A DNA stretch of 64,000 nucleotides from an uncultured bacterium (GTDB taxonomy: Bacteria > Chlamydiota > Chlamydiia > Chlamydiales > SM23-39): contig OY970323.1 of NCBI GenBank assembly GCA_963716985.1, positions 928,001 to 992,000 of the forward strand, given 5' to 3'. Every line of letters starts with the position of its first letter. Within the stretch, counting starts at the first letter, position 1. Below, piece by piece: positions 10,284-18,918 of this stretch. A program made the position numbers and the translations under genes. The notes under the pieces are model-generated. The model worked only from the letters and a program-made list of their open reading frames with translations, had not been told where the DNA came from and searched no databases.

Positions 10284-11495
10284 CTATTTTTTTGGTTTAT
10301 AATGTGGGTTCAAGTCTCGAATCCAATCTTCAACTGTTTTCTTGTCGTATTCTTTTTTAAACAGTTCTTGTGTGAAAGTTCTAGTTTTTTTGAGATGTTC
10401 CCACATTTTGGAGAGTTTGGGAGAAGGTTTGGTGTTTTTCCAGATGTGGCAAGCTGCCGCTCGAAAAATGATTTTGGCTAATTGATCTTTCTTCATATGG
10501 TTCAGATCGTAATTTAGCAGTTGTTCTTTGAAAGATTCATTGCCTTGTGCATTTTGGTATTTTTCGTTGTCAGAGGAGGGAAAGTAGAAGGATTTTGATC
10601 TCATCCACTCGACTATGGCAAATGTTTTAATATGAGTTTTGTAGGGTGATGGAGAAGAAGCTGTTGATGATCCAAAAATGCCTGCTTGCCATGCTCGATC
10701 TAGGAGATAAAAAAGATGGTCCTCATCTAAATTGACATTCAAAATGTGAACAGTTCCTCCACAATATTGGCGAATATAGAGAAGAAGTTCTTCTTCTGCT
10801 TTTGAAGAGGGTAGATCAGGCAAGCGCTCATCTGGACAGGTCAATAGCCGAGTTGGTTCAATGTTATAATGCAAAAGAACAGCTTCACAAATGGTTAGGT
10901 TGTCAGTTCGTTTCCATTTGTCAAAATTTTGCAGGGGAAAGAGCCTTGAAACAATAGAAAGCGCAGGCTCTGGAGGAATGGGAGGTAGCGATAATTTGGT
11001 TGGAGGAACTTGAATTTCGAGCGGACAATAACAATCGGGAAGATCCAAAGAAAGGTGCGGCCCAAATCGAACAGCGTCAACCAATTGTTGTGGCAGTATG
11101 ATTTCAAGATTTTGATGTTTTTGACAGTAATCAATCAATGCGCTGGGAGTGATCCGATAGTTCCTCTGATCCTTTCCCTCGCCCGTTAACAAGCCCGATT
11201 TCCCAATGATCCGATATACATTTTGCAGTCTTGTCAAATCAATCGGAGAGATGGGATAGGAAGGAGCAATTGTCTCTAGAGGAATAGGATCCTGCTCTCT
11301 TACCAAGAAAAAGAAAAGATTGCACGTTAAAGGAACAAGACCCGATATCAAACAGGTTGCTTGAGAAAAGCTCCATGCTCGTGCTGTAGCCCATAGTGCA
11401 TAATTTGGACGAGTTACTTCTTCGTAGGAATGTTCAATACATGCCTGCTTTTGGTGCAATTTTAGAAGAATTTCTTCAACAGACGGTTTACTCAT
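10284..11495 (-). CDS. Hypothetical integrase-associated protein with C-terminal HTH-like motif
   Basis: 403-aa ORF overlapping the integrase stop. Two W/L.....A..L..G/N..P motifs and KTVEDWIRDL. Confidence 0.65.
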   Translation of the reverse strand: MSKPSVEEILLKLHQKQACIEHSYEEVTRPNYALWATARAWSFSQATCLISGLVPLTCNLFFFLVREQDPIPLETIAPSYPISPIDLTRLQNVYRIIGKSGLLTGEGKDQRNYRITPSALIDYCQKHQNLEIILPQQLVDAVRFGPHLSLDLPDCYCPLEIQVPPTKLSLPPIPPEPALSIVSRLFPLQNFDKWKRTDNLTICEAVLLHYNIEPTRLLTCPDERLPDLPSSKAEEELLLYIRQYCGGTVHILNVNLDEDHLFYLLDRAWQAGIFGSSTASSPSPYKTHIKTFAIVEWMRSKSFYFPSSDNEKYQNAQGNESFKEQLLNYDLNHMKKDQLAKIIFRAAACHIWKNTKPSPKLSKMWEHLKKTRTFTQELFKKEYDKKTVEDWIRDLNPHYKPKK

Positions 11496-12549
11496 TGATC
11501 ATCTTCTCCATTCGGGCAACGAGAGTTTTTTTATGCTCATTAGCGAGATGGGAATATCTTTTTGTGGTCTGCATGCTTTTATGGCCGAGCATATCGGAGA
11601 TCTCCCGAGTAGAAATGCCACTCATGGTCAAATAGCTGGCGGTTGTGTGCCTGAGGTCGTGGAAACGAAACTCAACGATCCCTGCTCGTTTCACAGCAGC
11701 TTCCCATGCAGTGCGAATGCAAATAGGCTGTGTGGAATCATTGTCTGAAGGGAACAAGAAGGCGTCTCTTTCAACATGCCGGTTGTGGACCAGTTCAAAA
11801 ACTTGATCACTCATTGGGAGTATTCGGTTCTCGGTATTTTTGGTGCCAACAAGCACGAAGAGTCGATTCTCCAGATCGATGTCTTTTCCCTTCAATCCTA
11901 AGACCTCTGATTTGCGAGCACCGGTCGTTAATGCGATTAAAAAGATAAGGTAAAGATCTTTGTTCTGGCTTTGCTTGCATTCTTCTGAGAGCCGTAGAAG
12001 CTCTTCTTTGCTGAGATAACGAATTCTCCCAGGAGAGCACTTGGGCTTTCTAACCTTTAGGCAAACATTTTCATTGACCAATTGCCATTCCCTCGCAGAG
12101 GTAGAGAGGACGTGAGATAAACTGGCCAAATATTTCGCAACTGTGCTGGAGGAGCGTTTTTTATCTGGGCGAATGTTTTCCGCGAGCAGTTTGTCTCGAA
12201 CTTCAGCAATTGTGGAAGGACTGATTCGGCTGAGTTTGAGATGACCAAGCTCTTTTTCCCAACGATCGAGATGTCTTGCGACATTACGGCCGTCTTTGAT
12301 TTTGAGGGGAAGAATTTCATTGCGATAGCGGCGGATGGCTTCAGCAAGAGTATGTTGATCTGCTTTGGAGAAGCTAACATAAAGCCCTTTTTCGATCTGG
12401 CCTTCTGTCACGCGCTTCCATTGCTTTGCATGGGTTAGTGTTTTGAAATTTTTGGAAACGGGCTTGTGCCCTTTAATACGAATGCGAACTCTATATCGAG
12501 AGGACCCATCCTTGATAGTTATCCTATCGATTCCTGGTGGAATATTCAT
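11488..12549 (-). CDS. Tyrosine integrase (element A)
   Basis: TGARKSE, FHDLRH, LGHKS, KRY catalytic motifs. GGAG RBS before ATG 12549 (alternative TTG at 12588). Adjacent to the tRNA fragment. Confidence 0.92.
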   Translation of the reverse strand: MNIPPGIDRITIKDGSSRYRVRIRIKGHKPVSKNFKTLTHAKQWKRVTEGQIEKGLYVSFSKADQHTLAEAIRRYRNEILPLKIKDGRNVARHLDRWEKELGHLKLSRISPSTIAEVRDKLLAENIRPDKKRSSSTVAKYLASLSHVLSTSAREWQLVNENVCLKVRKPKCSPGRIRYLSKEELLRLSEECKQSQNKDLYLIFLIALTTGARKSEVLGLKGKDIDLENRLFVLVGTKNTENRILPMSDQVFELVHNRHVERDAFLFPSDNDSTQPICIRTAWEAAVKRAGIVEFRFHDLRHTTASYLTMSGISTREISDMLGHKSMQTTKRYSHLANEHKKTLVARMEKMINE

Positions 12550-12712
12550 GGCATCTCCTTGTGTCTGTTTTTTCAAAGAGTTAGCCAAGCGAATGGAATC
12601 CTTTTGCTGCTTTTTGTAGTTTAGTGGTCTTTTAATGGCCCACAGAGTTTAGCAAAGGATTTTTCAGCTGCCAAGAATTTTCTTTGGTAATTGAATTACA
12701 ACTACATAAGAA

Positions 12713-12760
12713 GTGGGGCAACCAGGACTTGAACCTGGGACCGACGGGTTATGAGTCCGC
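12713..12760 (-). repeat. att site: displaced 3' half of the CAT tRNA
   Basis: 48-bp direct repeat of 42033-42080 with 2 mismatches. Confidence 0.92.
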
Positions 12761-12866
12761 AGCACCCATGCTACTTCCCAGCAGCTAACTTGCCGAAATC
12801 ATAGCGGAAAGCTAGCCTTTCAAGCTACTGTGAACTGTCGTCATTTATCGCGCTTTTTTGCATGCC

Positions 12867-12886
12867 AGTGGTCCACAAATGGTCCA
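12867..12886. promoter_or_regulatory. Putative integrase arm-type binding site
   Basis: AGTGGTCCACAAATGGTCCA (tandem TGGTCCA), identical at 41931-41950. Confidence 0.65.
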
Positions 12887-12961
12887 GGGGAAAACGAGTC
12901 TCTTTATCTGCCTATTCGAACAATACCGATGAAATTAGCGTCGAGGTGATCGTTGCTTTTA

Positions 12962-12985
12962 ACTGTTCAATTTTTATTGAACAGT
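12962..12985. promoter_or_regulatory. Palindromic operator upstream of AbiEi-like gene
   Basis: ACTGTTCAAT-TTTT-ATTGAACAGT perfect IR, plus a half-site GTGAACAGT at 12994-13002. Confidence 0.55.
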
Positions 12986-13018
12986 GCAAATTAGTGAACA
13001 GTCGAGTGGGAGGATCTA

Positions 13019-13732
13019 ATGAAAGGGCAGTTTTTAGTGAGGTCGACTGCAATCTTTGTAGAAGGCAATATCTATGCTGATAAATCATCCCTCATCTTAG
13101 ATTGGCTTTTAAGAGTTGGAATAGAAAAAGATGGGTTTTCATTAAGAGAGGTAGCCAAAGATCGAGAAGTGAGCGTAGGTCTGGTCCAAAGGGTTTTTGG
13201 AGTCTTGGTATCAAATGGCATTCTCAGGACCAAAGGGGTAAGAACTGCCAAAAAGTTTTTCTTCAAAAAGTCCAGCCTGCTTCTCACAAGCTGGTTAAAA
13301 GAATATAGCATCGTGAGAAAATGTAAGATGAGGACTTATCGCTCAGGCTTCTCTGAAAAAGAAGAACTTCTTGATGCGCTAAAGAAATCAAAGTTAAGTC
13401 AAAAGGTGTCATTGGCTCTTCATTCTGCGGCTGAAGCTCTCGGCTATAAGAATACCAATTTGAACACTCTCGAATTGTACGTGCTCGATCCGACTGCCAG
13501 ATCAAACCTCGAAGAGGTTCTTCAATTAGAGCCTCAAGAAAGAGGGTATGAGGTCTTACTTATTGAACCTTACTACGAGAGCTTACTTAATCTCGAAGTG
13601 AGTTCCGGCAAAAGCATAAGAGCTTGTCCCGCTTTTTTGACTTTTCTTGACCTTTACCATTTCCCTTTGCGTGGACGAGAACAGGCCGAATTTATGGCAG
13701 AACGTATTCCCGAGCTAAACAGATGCTTTTGA
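13019..13732 (+). CDS. AbiEi-like (DUF2186-type) type IV antitoxin/transcriptional regulator
   Basis: N-terminal HTH (SLREVAKDREVSVGLVQRV) and C-terminal FLDL....RGREQAE. Confidence 0.6.
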   Translation: MKGQFLVRSTAIFVEGNIYADKSSLILDWLLRVGIEKDGFSLREVAKDREVSVGLVQRVFGVLVSNGILRTKGVRTAKKFFFKKSSLLLTSWLKEYSIVRKCKMRTYRSGFSEKEELLDALKKSKLSQKVSLALHSAAEALGYKNTNLNTLELYVLDPTARSNLEEVLQLEPQERGYEVLLIEPYYESLLNLEVSSGKSIRACPAFLTFLDLYHFPLRGREQAEFMAERIPELNRCF

Positions 13733-13734
13733 TT

Positions 13735-14427
13735 TTATTCTTCGGTTAAGTAGGGCAGTTCTTTTTCGATTTGACTATCTAGCGTATCCTGAAACAATTG
13801 CAATTTTGTATGAAATTGTATGCAAAGATCCCCAGTTCTAATGTCTTTACTTTGACTTCCCAAGTATGAAGTTAAAGTAGTAGTCATAAAGTCCAAATGC
13901 GTTTTCTTCCCCTCCTCTCTTGAGCTCAAAAAATTCTTCAGCTCCTTACATATCTTTAACGTTTCGGGCAAACTGGTGCAAGGAGTTAGAAAAATAATTT
14001 TTCGGCAATTTTTAATGATTCTTAAGCCCACTAAGTAAAATTGATGGGTTCTCTGAGCATAGGACATATCAAGACCTGTGCCATCTTTTTCTGAAAGGTT
14101 AGGGGCTCGATGTTCTAGTGGGGGACAAAATACTCCCCTGAATACAAAAGCTTGTTGAAGTACATGAAGGTCTTCTAATATTTCCAGCAAAACTGGCAGA
14201 TTATCTTTTGTATCCTGATACCTCTTTTGAAGCAGAAATTCTCTGCGGAGATTTTCGCTATCAGCATGGATTTGAGTTTTAAGATTTTTAATGCCGATCA
14301 CTACTGGGACTCCAATCCCCAGCAATGTTAATACGGCTGTAATATAAGCATGAATATTTTCATGGCTCATATAGATATTCAAGAATATCAAAATAGTTGC
14401 CAAAATGAAAATTAACAGATATTTCAT
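13735..14427 (-). CDS. Hypothetical membrane protein (2 N-terminal hydrophobic helices)
   Basis: 230-aa ORF, start overlapping the YhcG-family stop. Confidence 0.65.
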   Translation of the reverse strand: MKYLLIFILATILIFLNIYMSHENIHAYITAVLTLLGIGVPVVIGIKNLKTQIHADSENLRREFLLQKRYQDTKDNLPVLLEILEDLHVLQQAFVFRGVFCPPLEHRAPNLSEKDGTGLDMSYAQRTHQFYLVGLRIIKNCRKIIFLTPCTSLPETLKICKELKNFLSSREEGKKTHLDFMTTTLTSYLGSQSKDIRTGDLCIQFHTKLQLFQDTLDSQIEKELPYLTEE

Positions 14428-15518
14428 TGAGTATTTTCTTCCTCTGCAATTTGTGGAAAAGACTGCCCCAACTCTGCTTCAATTTCTTCAACTGTAGGAA
14501 GCGCCCCTTTGAGGTTATCGGGTAGGGCTTTAGAGAGTTGTGTCTCAAAATTAGCAACGGTAATAGGAGATGAGTTATTGCGCAGTGCATATTCCACAAT
14601 GAGGTTGTCTTTTCCTCTACAAAGGATAAGCCCAATGGTTGGATTATCTCCTGTTTGACGCATTTTATCATCAATGGCCGCAAGATAAAAATTGATCTGA
14701 CCCGCGAAGTCCGGCTTGAATTTCACTGCTTTTAGCTCAATAAGAAAATAGCAGCGAAGTTTGATGTGATAAAATAGAAGGTCGAGGTAAAAATCTTCAT
14801 TACCTACCCGAAGAGGGACCTGTCTGCCAACGAAGGCAAACCCATTACCCAGTTCAAGGAGAAATTTTTGAAGGTGGGCTATAAGACCGTCTTCAATCTC
14901 TTTTTCGCGGGCCTCGTCAATAAGGGTGAGGAAGTCAAAGCAATAAGGGTCTTTAATAACCTGCTCAGCAAGATCGGAATAGGGAGCTGGAAGGGATGTC
15001 TGGAAGTTATTTGGAGCCTTGCCCTGTCGATGGTAAAGACCTGTTTCGATCCACATCTCGAGGACTGATCGACTGCACCCGTTTTCGACCGCTTTGCGGG
15101 CATACCACTCTCGTTCATTTAAATTTTTTACTTTTTCGACAAGAATGACATTGTGCCACCACGGGATGTTCAGGCAGAAATCGGGAGGGACTTCTAAGAG
15201 TCCAGCAGCCTGCTGGATTCTTGCATAAGAGAGGTAAAAGCTTCTCATATAGAAGACGTTAGATCTAGAAAATCCCTTTAAGCCCGGGAAGCCAGATTGA
15301 ATGTCTTTGCAGAGGCGATCGATTACCTGAGCCTTCCATCCTTCAGTTTCCTGGCGCTTAACAATCTCCGCGCCGATCCACCAATGGAGCTTAATCAGCT
15401 CTTGGTTGACCGCCATCGCCGCTTTGACTTGCGACTCGCGAATGCGGGTCTTGATGTTCTCGAGGAGAGTGGGATAACTTTCAGGAAGAAGGAGTGGTGA
15501 GGTAGTTTGGGGATTCAT
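14424..15518 (-). CDS. YhcG/DUF1016 family PD-(D/E)XK nuclease-domain protein
   Basis: AVNQELIKLHWWIG, KDPYCFDFL, FLLELGNGFAFVGRQ, DLLFYH, IELK. Confidence 0.92.
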   Translation of the reverse strand: MNPQTTSPLLLPESYPTLLENIKTRIRESQVKAAMAVNQELIKLHWWIGAEIVKRQETEGWKAQVIDRLCKDIQSGFPGLKGFSRSNVFYMRSFYLSYARIQQAAGLLEVPPDFCLNIPWWHNVILVEKVKNLNEREWYARKAVENGCSRSVLEMWIETGLYHRQGKAPNNFQTSLPAPYSDLAEQVIKDPYCFDFLTLIDEAREKEIEDGLIAHLQKFLLELGNGFAFVGRQVPLRVGNEDFYLDLLFYHIKLRCYFLIELKAVKFKPDFAGQINFYLAAIDDKMRQTGDNPTIGLILCRGKDNLIVEYALRNNSSPITVANFETQLSKALPDNLKGALPTVEEIEAELGQSFPQIAEEENTQ

Positions 15519-15525
15519 TAAAACT

Positions 15526-15840
15526 CTATTGTTTTAGTTTTTCAGCAACGTAAGAATTTAAGCTCAAGCCCAAAGCTTTTGCTCGGATAGATAATTTTGC
15601 GTGGAGATCTGGGTTGATTCTGAGATTGAACGTACCAGAGAAGGTTTTTTCCGGTTTTTCTCCACGCTCTTGGCACAATGAGAGATAGACTTCGATCGAG
15701 TCTCGAAAAGAGCGTTCTAGTTCTTCAACGGTCGTTCCTTGGAATGTAATAACGTCTTTTAGTCCGACGATTTCTCCATGAAATAGTTTAGCTTCGTCAT
15801 CATATTCGACGTGACCGAGGAATCCCTTATATTTCATCAT
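15526..15840 (-). CDS. hicB: HicB-family antitoxin
   Basis: YKGFLGHVEYD...FHGEIVGLKDVITFQG; C-terminal RHH FNLRINPDLH...SLN. Confidence 0.88.
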   Translation of the reverse strand: MMKYKGFLGHVEYDDEAKLFHGEIVGLKDVITFQGTTVEELERSFRDSIEVYLSLCQERGEKPEKTFSGTFNLRINPDLHAKLSIRAKALGLSLNSYVAEKLKQ

Positions 15841-15850
15841 GAGGTTGGTC

Positions 15851-16393
15851 CTACGGTTTCAAAGAACGTAAAATTTTACTCTCAAGAATCAAGACGGCCT
15901 CTCTTGCTCTCTTAGAGAATTCATCTAATCCGCCGTTACGTTCTATACATATGGCTCCTTCGATTATGTCATCTTCTTCTAGAGGCTTACGTTTCAAAGT
16001 ATGCGGATCAATTTCTCTCCCAAGAGCCTCCCCATTTAGTGCTATCATCAGCTCCGCAAAGCTGGCGTGAGATGTTTTATTTCTTGGAGGACGGCAGTTG
16101 GTTATTTTTTCTCGTTCTATCGAATTAAGGTTACTTTGGAATACTTCGAGGACGGCAGGGATGAGATGCTCGAGTTCAGCTTTATGAAATGGTTTTTTGG
16201 TTTTTTTTCTTAACTCGTCCCTTACCTTGCTATCGAGCTGAGCAATGGTGCGCAAGCGGAGTTCTAGAGCGGTTGCAGCACCTGCGGCAGCATCAATTTT
16301 TGATTGGATGTTATGGAGAACTGAGATTAATCCTTCGATCGGAACGGGCATCCTCACCTTCTTTTGAATTTTCGGTTGGATTGTATTGCTCAT
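15851..16393 (-). CDS. Hypothetical protein, possible HEPN domain
   Basis: Helical-looking 180 aa with ALELRL and an RNKTSH (RxxxxH) motif. Confidence 0.5.
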   Translation of the reverse strand: MSNTIQPKIQKKVRMPVPIEGLISVLHNIQSKIDAAAGAATALELRLRTIAQLDSKVRDELRKKTKKPFHKAELEHLIPAVLEVFQSNLNSIEREKITNCRPPRNKTSHASFAELMIALNGEALGREIDPHTLKRKPLEEDDIIEGAICIERNGGLDEFSKRAREAVLILESKILRSLKP

Positions 16394-16645
16394 AGGCTGT
16401 CCTTATTTAAAATGTTAATACGGTACCAAAAGCAGGTACTATTCAGCAAGTGGTTTTCATGTGGGATTTGTAGGCATGGACTGGCAAATATCAGCATCAA
16501 AATCGCAGGAAATATAGAACTTTTTCCGAACCTCAAAATACCAATCTATTAAATTTTTTCCACTGACGCCATTTTTCGTTCCAACAGTTTGCGATAGAAT
16601 TCAAACATTTACAACTAAACTCGTGGTATAACAATAGGAGCAAAC

Positions 16646-17782
16646 ATGGAACGGAGAGAAAGCTTGCATAGAGCTGATAATGACCTGAAAGGAATTACGA
16701 TGCGGACGCACAAGCATTGCCAGTCTTATCGGGTGCGCATTCGGATGAAGGGCGGGCAGTATTTTGACAGGTCCTTCAAATCGAAGACGCTGGCTAAAAA
16801 GTGGAAAAGAGATATGGAATCAGCCATTGAACACGATAGGTACGAATTTACCAACCCTGCAACGAAGCATACTCTTGCAGAATTGATCGATCTGTACATA
16901 GAAAGGGTTCTTCCTTCCAAGCCAAAGAATGCAAAAAATACTCTTCGACATTTGCTTTGGTGGAAGCAAGAGCTTGGCCATCTCTTGTTGGCTCAGATAA
17001 GACCGAGCCTGATCGCTGAAAAGCGAGATGAATTGCTTGCAGGTTTTGTTAGGGATGGCAAGCTGCGCTCTCCCTCTACTGTTGTGCGCTATTTGAGCAG
17101 CCTCTCGCATGTCTTTTCAAAGGCTGTCAAAGAGTGGGAATGGCTGAGAGAAAACCCCGTCTTCAAGATTGAAAAGCCGAGACAAGCACAGGGACGCAAG
17201 CGGGTTTTAGATGAAGTAGAGCAAAAGAGGCTTCTACAGGCATGCGAAGAGAGTTGTTCAAAGGACTTGTTTTTGGTTGTCGCTCTTGCACTTGGTACAG
17301 GAATGCGCAAAGGAGAAATTATGAGCCTTCGATGGAAGGACATCAACTTTAGCGATGAGAAGGCGATTATCTTCTTGGAGAAGACCAAAAATGGCAGGCC
17401 GCGATCGATTCTTATCACAGGACTGTTATTGAACCTTTTACAGAATCGCCGAGCAAATCAGCGAGGGGATAGTCTTCTCTTTCCTTCCCCCAATTGTCCA
17501 AGTCGACCTATTGATATTAGATCCGCTTGGGAAAAGGCTTTGGATAAGGCTGGCATAGAGGGATTTGTTTTTCATGGGTTGCGCCATCAGGCTGCTTCCT
17601 GTGCAGCCACCATCGAAAATAACCCGTTGGTCATCGGAGAACTGCTCGGTCATAAAACGCTTCAAATGACAAGGCACTATGTTCATCTTCCTAGCGTGCA
17701 CATGCATGCAATGGTGGAGGCTCTTCAAACCAAAGTTTTTCAAAATTATCGGGAGGTCAAAAATGAGCAACCCAGAAAGTAA
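16646..17782 (+). CDS. Tyrosine integrase/recombinase (internal module)
   Basis: TGMRKGE, FHGLRH, LGHKT, RHY; AGGAG RBS. Confidence 0.9.
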   Translation: MERRESLHRADNDLKGITMRTHKHCQSYRVRIRMKGGQYFDRSFKSKTLAKKWKRDMESAIEHDRYEFTNPATKHTLAELIDLYIERVLPSKPKNAKNTLRHLLWWKQELGHLLLAQIRPSLIAEKRDELLAGFVRDGKLRSPSTVVRYLSSLSHVFSKAVKEWEWLRENPVFKIEKPRQAQGRKRVLDEVEQKRLLQACEESCSKDLFLVVALALGTGMRKGEIMSLRWKDINFSDEKAIIFLEKTKNGRPRSILITGLLLNLLQNRRANQRGDSLLFPSPNCPSRPIDIRSAWEKALDKAGIEGFVFHGLRHQAASCAATIENNPLVIGELLGHKTLQMTRHYVHLPSVHMHAMVEALQTKVFQNYREVKNEQPRK

Positions 17783-18491
17783 ACTACTCCCGACTCGAGA
17801 GTTTTGGAGATCCGAGCTTTTGACCGAAGAAGAGATCTATAAGAGTTTGAAAGATGATTATTGGACCGCCAGAACAGCAGCCTACTACATTTTGGGTCTA
17901 AAAGCTCCTGATTTAGAAAGCCTTCAAGAGGAAAAAAAACTCTGCCCTGACTTCGAAAAGTATCATGACCTCTTCGAGGAATGCTTTAAAAAGGGGAAAA
18001 TAGCAGTTCACTCCTACTGCTTGGAATATGGAAAAACAGTCTGCACAGCTCTTCCTGTTGACTGGCTGAAGCTCGTTCATAAAGGCAGGCTGAAGGACGA
18101 TGCAATCGAAGATAGGGGCGTTAAAAGAGATGGGCTTTATGTGGCTCCAGCACTTACCGCAGCATGGCTTCTAATGCAAGGAAAAGCCGTCTTTTCAAAG
18201 AGGCGGCCTGCTCAAGAGCGGGAAGACATGCTTTTTTCTTGGAGTGCAGCAAGAAAGCTGAGAAAGAATTTTTCAAATCTTTCAACTCGTCAGATGGCGC
18301 AAATCATCTATAAGCATTGTTCTAAGCTCCAGAAATATCCCTTCAAGACCGTGTATGGCTGGGTAATTGATTCAGCGACACCCATGAATGAGGTTCCTCA
18401 GCAGCAGAGACGGGATAGAAATGGCCGTCCCAAAAAAGACAGCTATACAAAGCTTGTTTTTGATTTTGCTTCGTATTTCAACGATCTCTAA
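17763..18491 (+). CDS. Hypothetical integrase-associated protein
   Basis: ATG 17763 after GGAGG. WTARTAAYYILGL and KTVYGWV resemble motifs in 10284-11495. Confidence 0.6.
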   Translation: MSNPESKLLPTREFWRSELLTEEEIYKSLKDDYWTARTAAYYILGLKAPDLESLQEEKKLCPDFEKYHDLFEECFKKGKIAVHSYCLEYGKTVCTALPVDWLKLVHKGRLKDDAIEDRGVKRDGLYVAPALTAAWLLMQGKAVFSKRRPAQEREDMLFSWSAARKLRKNFSNLSTRQMAQIIYKHCSKLQKYPFKTVYGWVIDSATPMNEVPQQQRRDRNGRPKKDSYTKLVFDFASYFNDL

Positions 18492-18610
18492 TCCACTCAT
18501 ACTCAATGAATTTTGTGTGTTTTCCACCGAAGACATTTTTTAATCGCGGCAAGTTGCCATAAAATACGGTTATTTAATTCAAACTGCGAGCAATGCAGAA
18601 GGAGAACGAC

Positions 18611-18910
18611 ATGAGAAACGATAGACAAGATTCTAAAAAGAGTACTGAGGGAACGGGGGATGAGCCAAAGCAAACGCGCTTCATTCCTGCTTCCAAATGG
18701 AATGAGTTTCACGAATGGCCTCCCGTTGGAGGGATGCGCCATCTGATCTTTTTCCGTAATGACAACGGATTTGCCAAAGTCTTAAAGCGGCCCAATAGGA
18801 CATGGCTGATCGATGAAAAGGCTTTCTTCAAGTGGGTCTCAGAAAGGAAATATAAGCCCCGCAAAAGAGACCTGGAAAGCCTTGTTACTGCAAAAACGTC
18901 ATCTGAATAG
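18611..18910 (+). CDS. Excisionase/wHTH-like DNA-binding protein
   Basis: IPASKWNEFHEWP...NGF..V.KR..R..LIDE.AFF.W, matching 9831-10031. Confidence 0.65.
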   Translation: MRNDRQDSKKSTEGTGDEPKQTRFIPASKWNEFHEWPPVGGMRHLIFFRNDNGFAKVLKRPNRTWLIDEKAFFKWVSERKYKPRKRDLESLVTAKTSSE

Positions 18911-18918
18911 GCCGTAGG

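Larger units (their letters stand above)
1..12760. mobile_element. Integrative element A (left end outside window)
   Basis: Integrase-HP-Xis-DUF927 backbone plus RM-like cargo, bounded on the right by the tRNA 3' fragment. Confidence 0.75.

Noticed and set aside
12713..12790. Second complete tRNA
   Set aside because: Similarity stops at the anticodon stem, with no D-arm or 5' acceptor strand. It is an att fragment.
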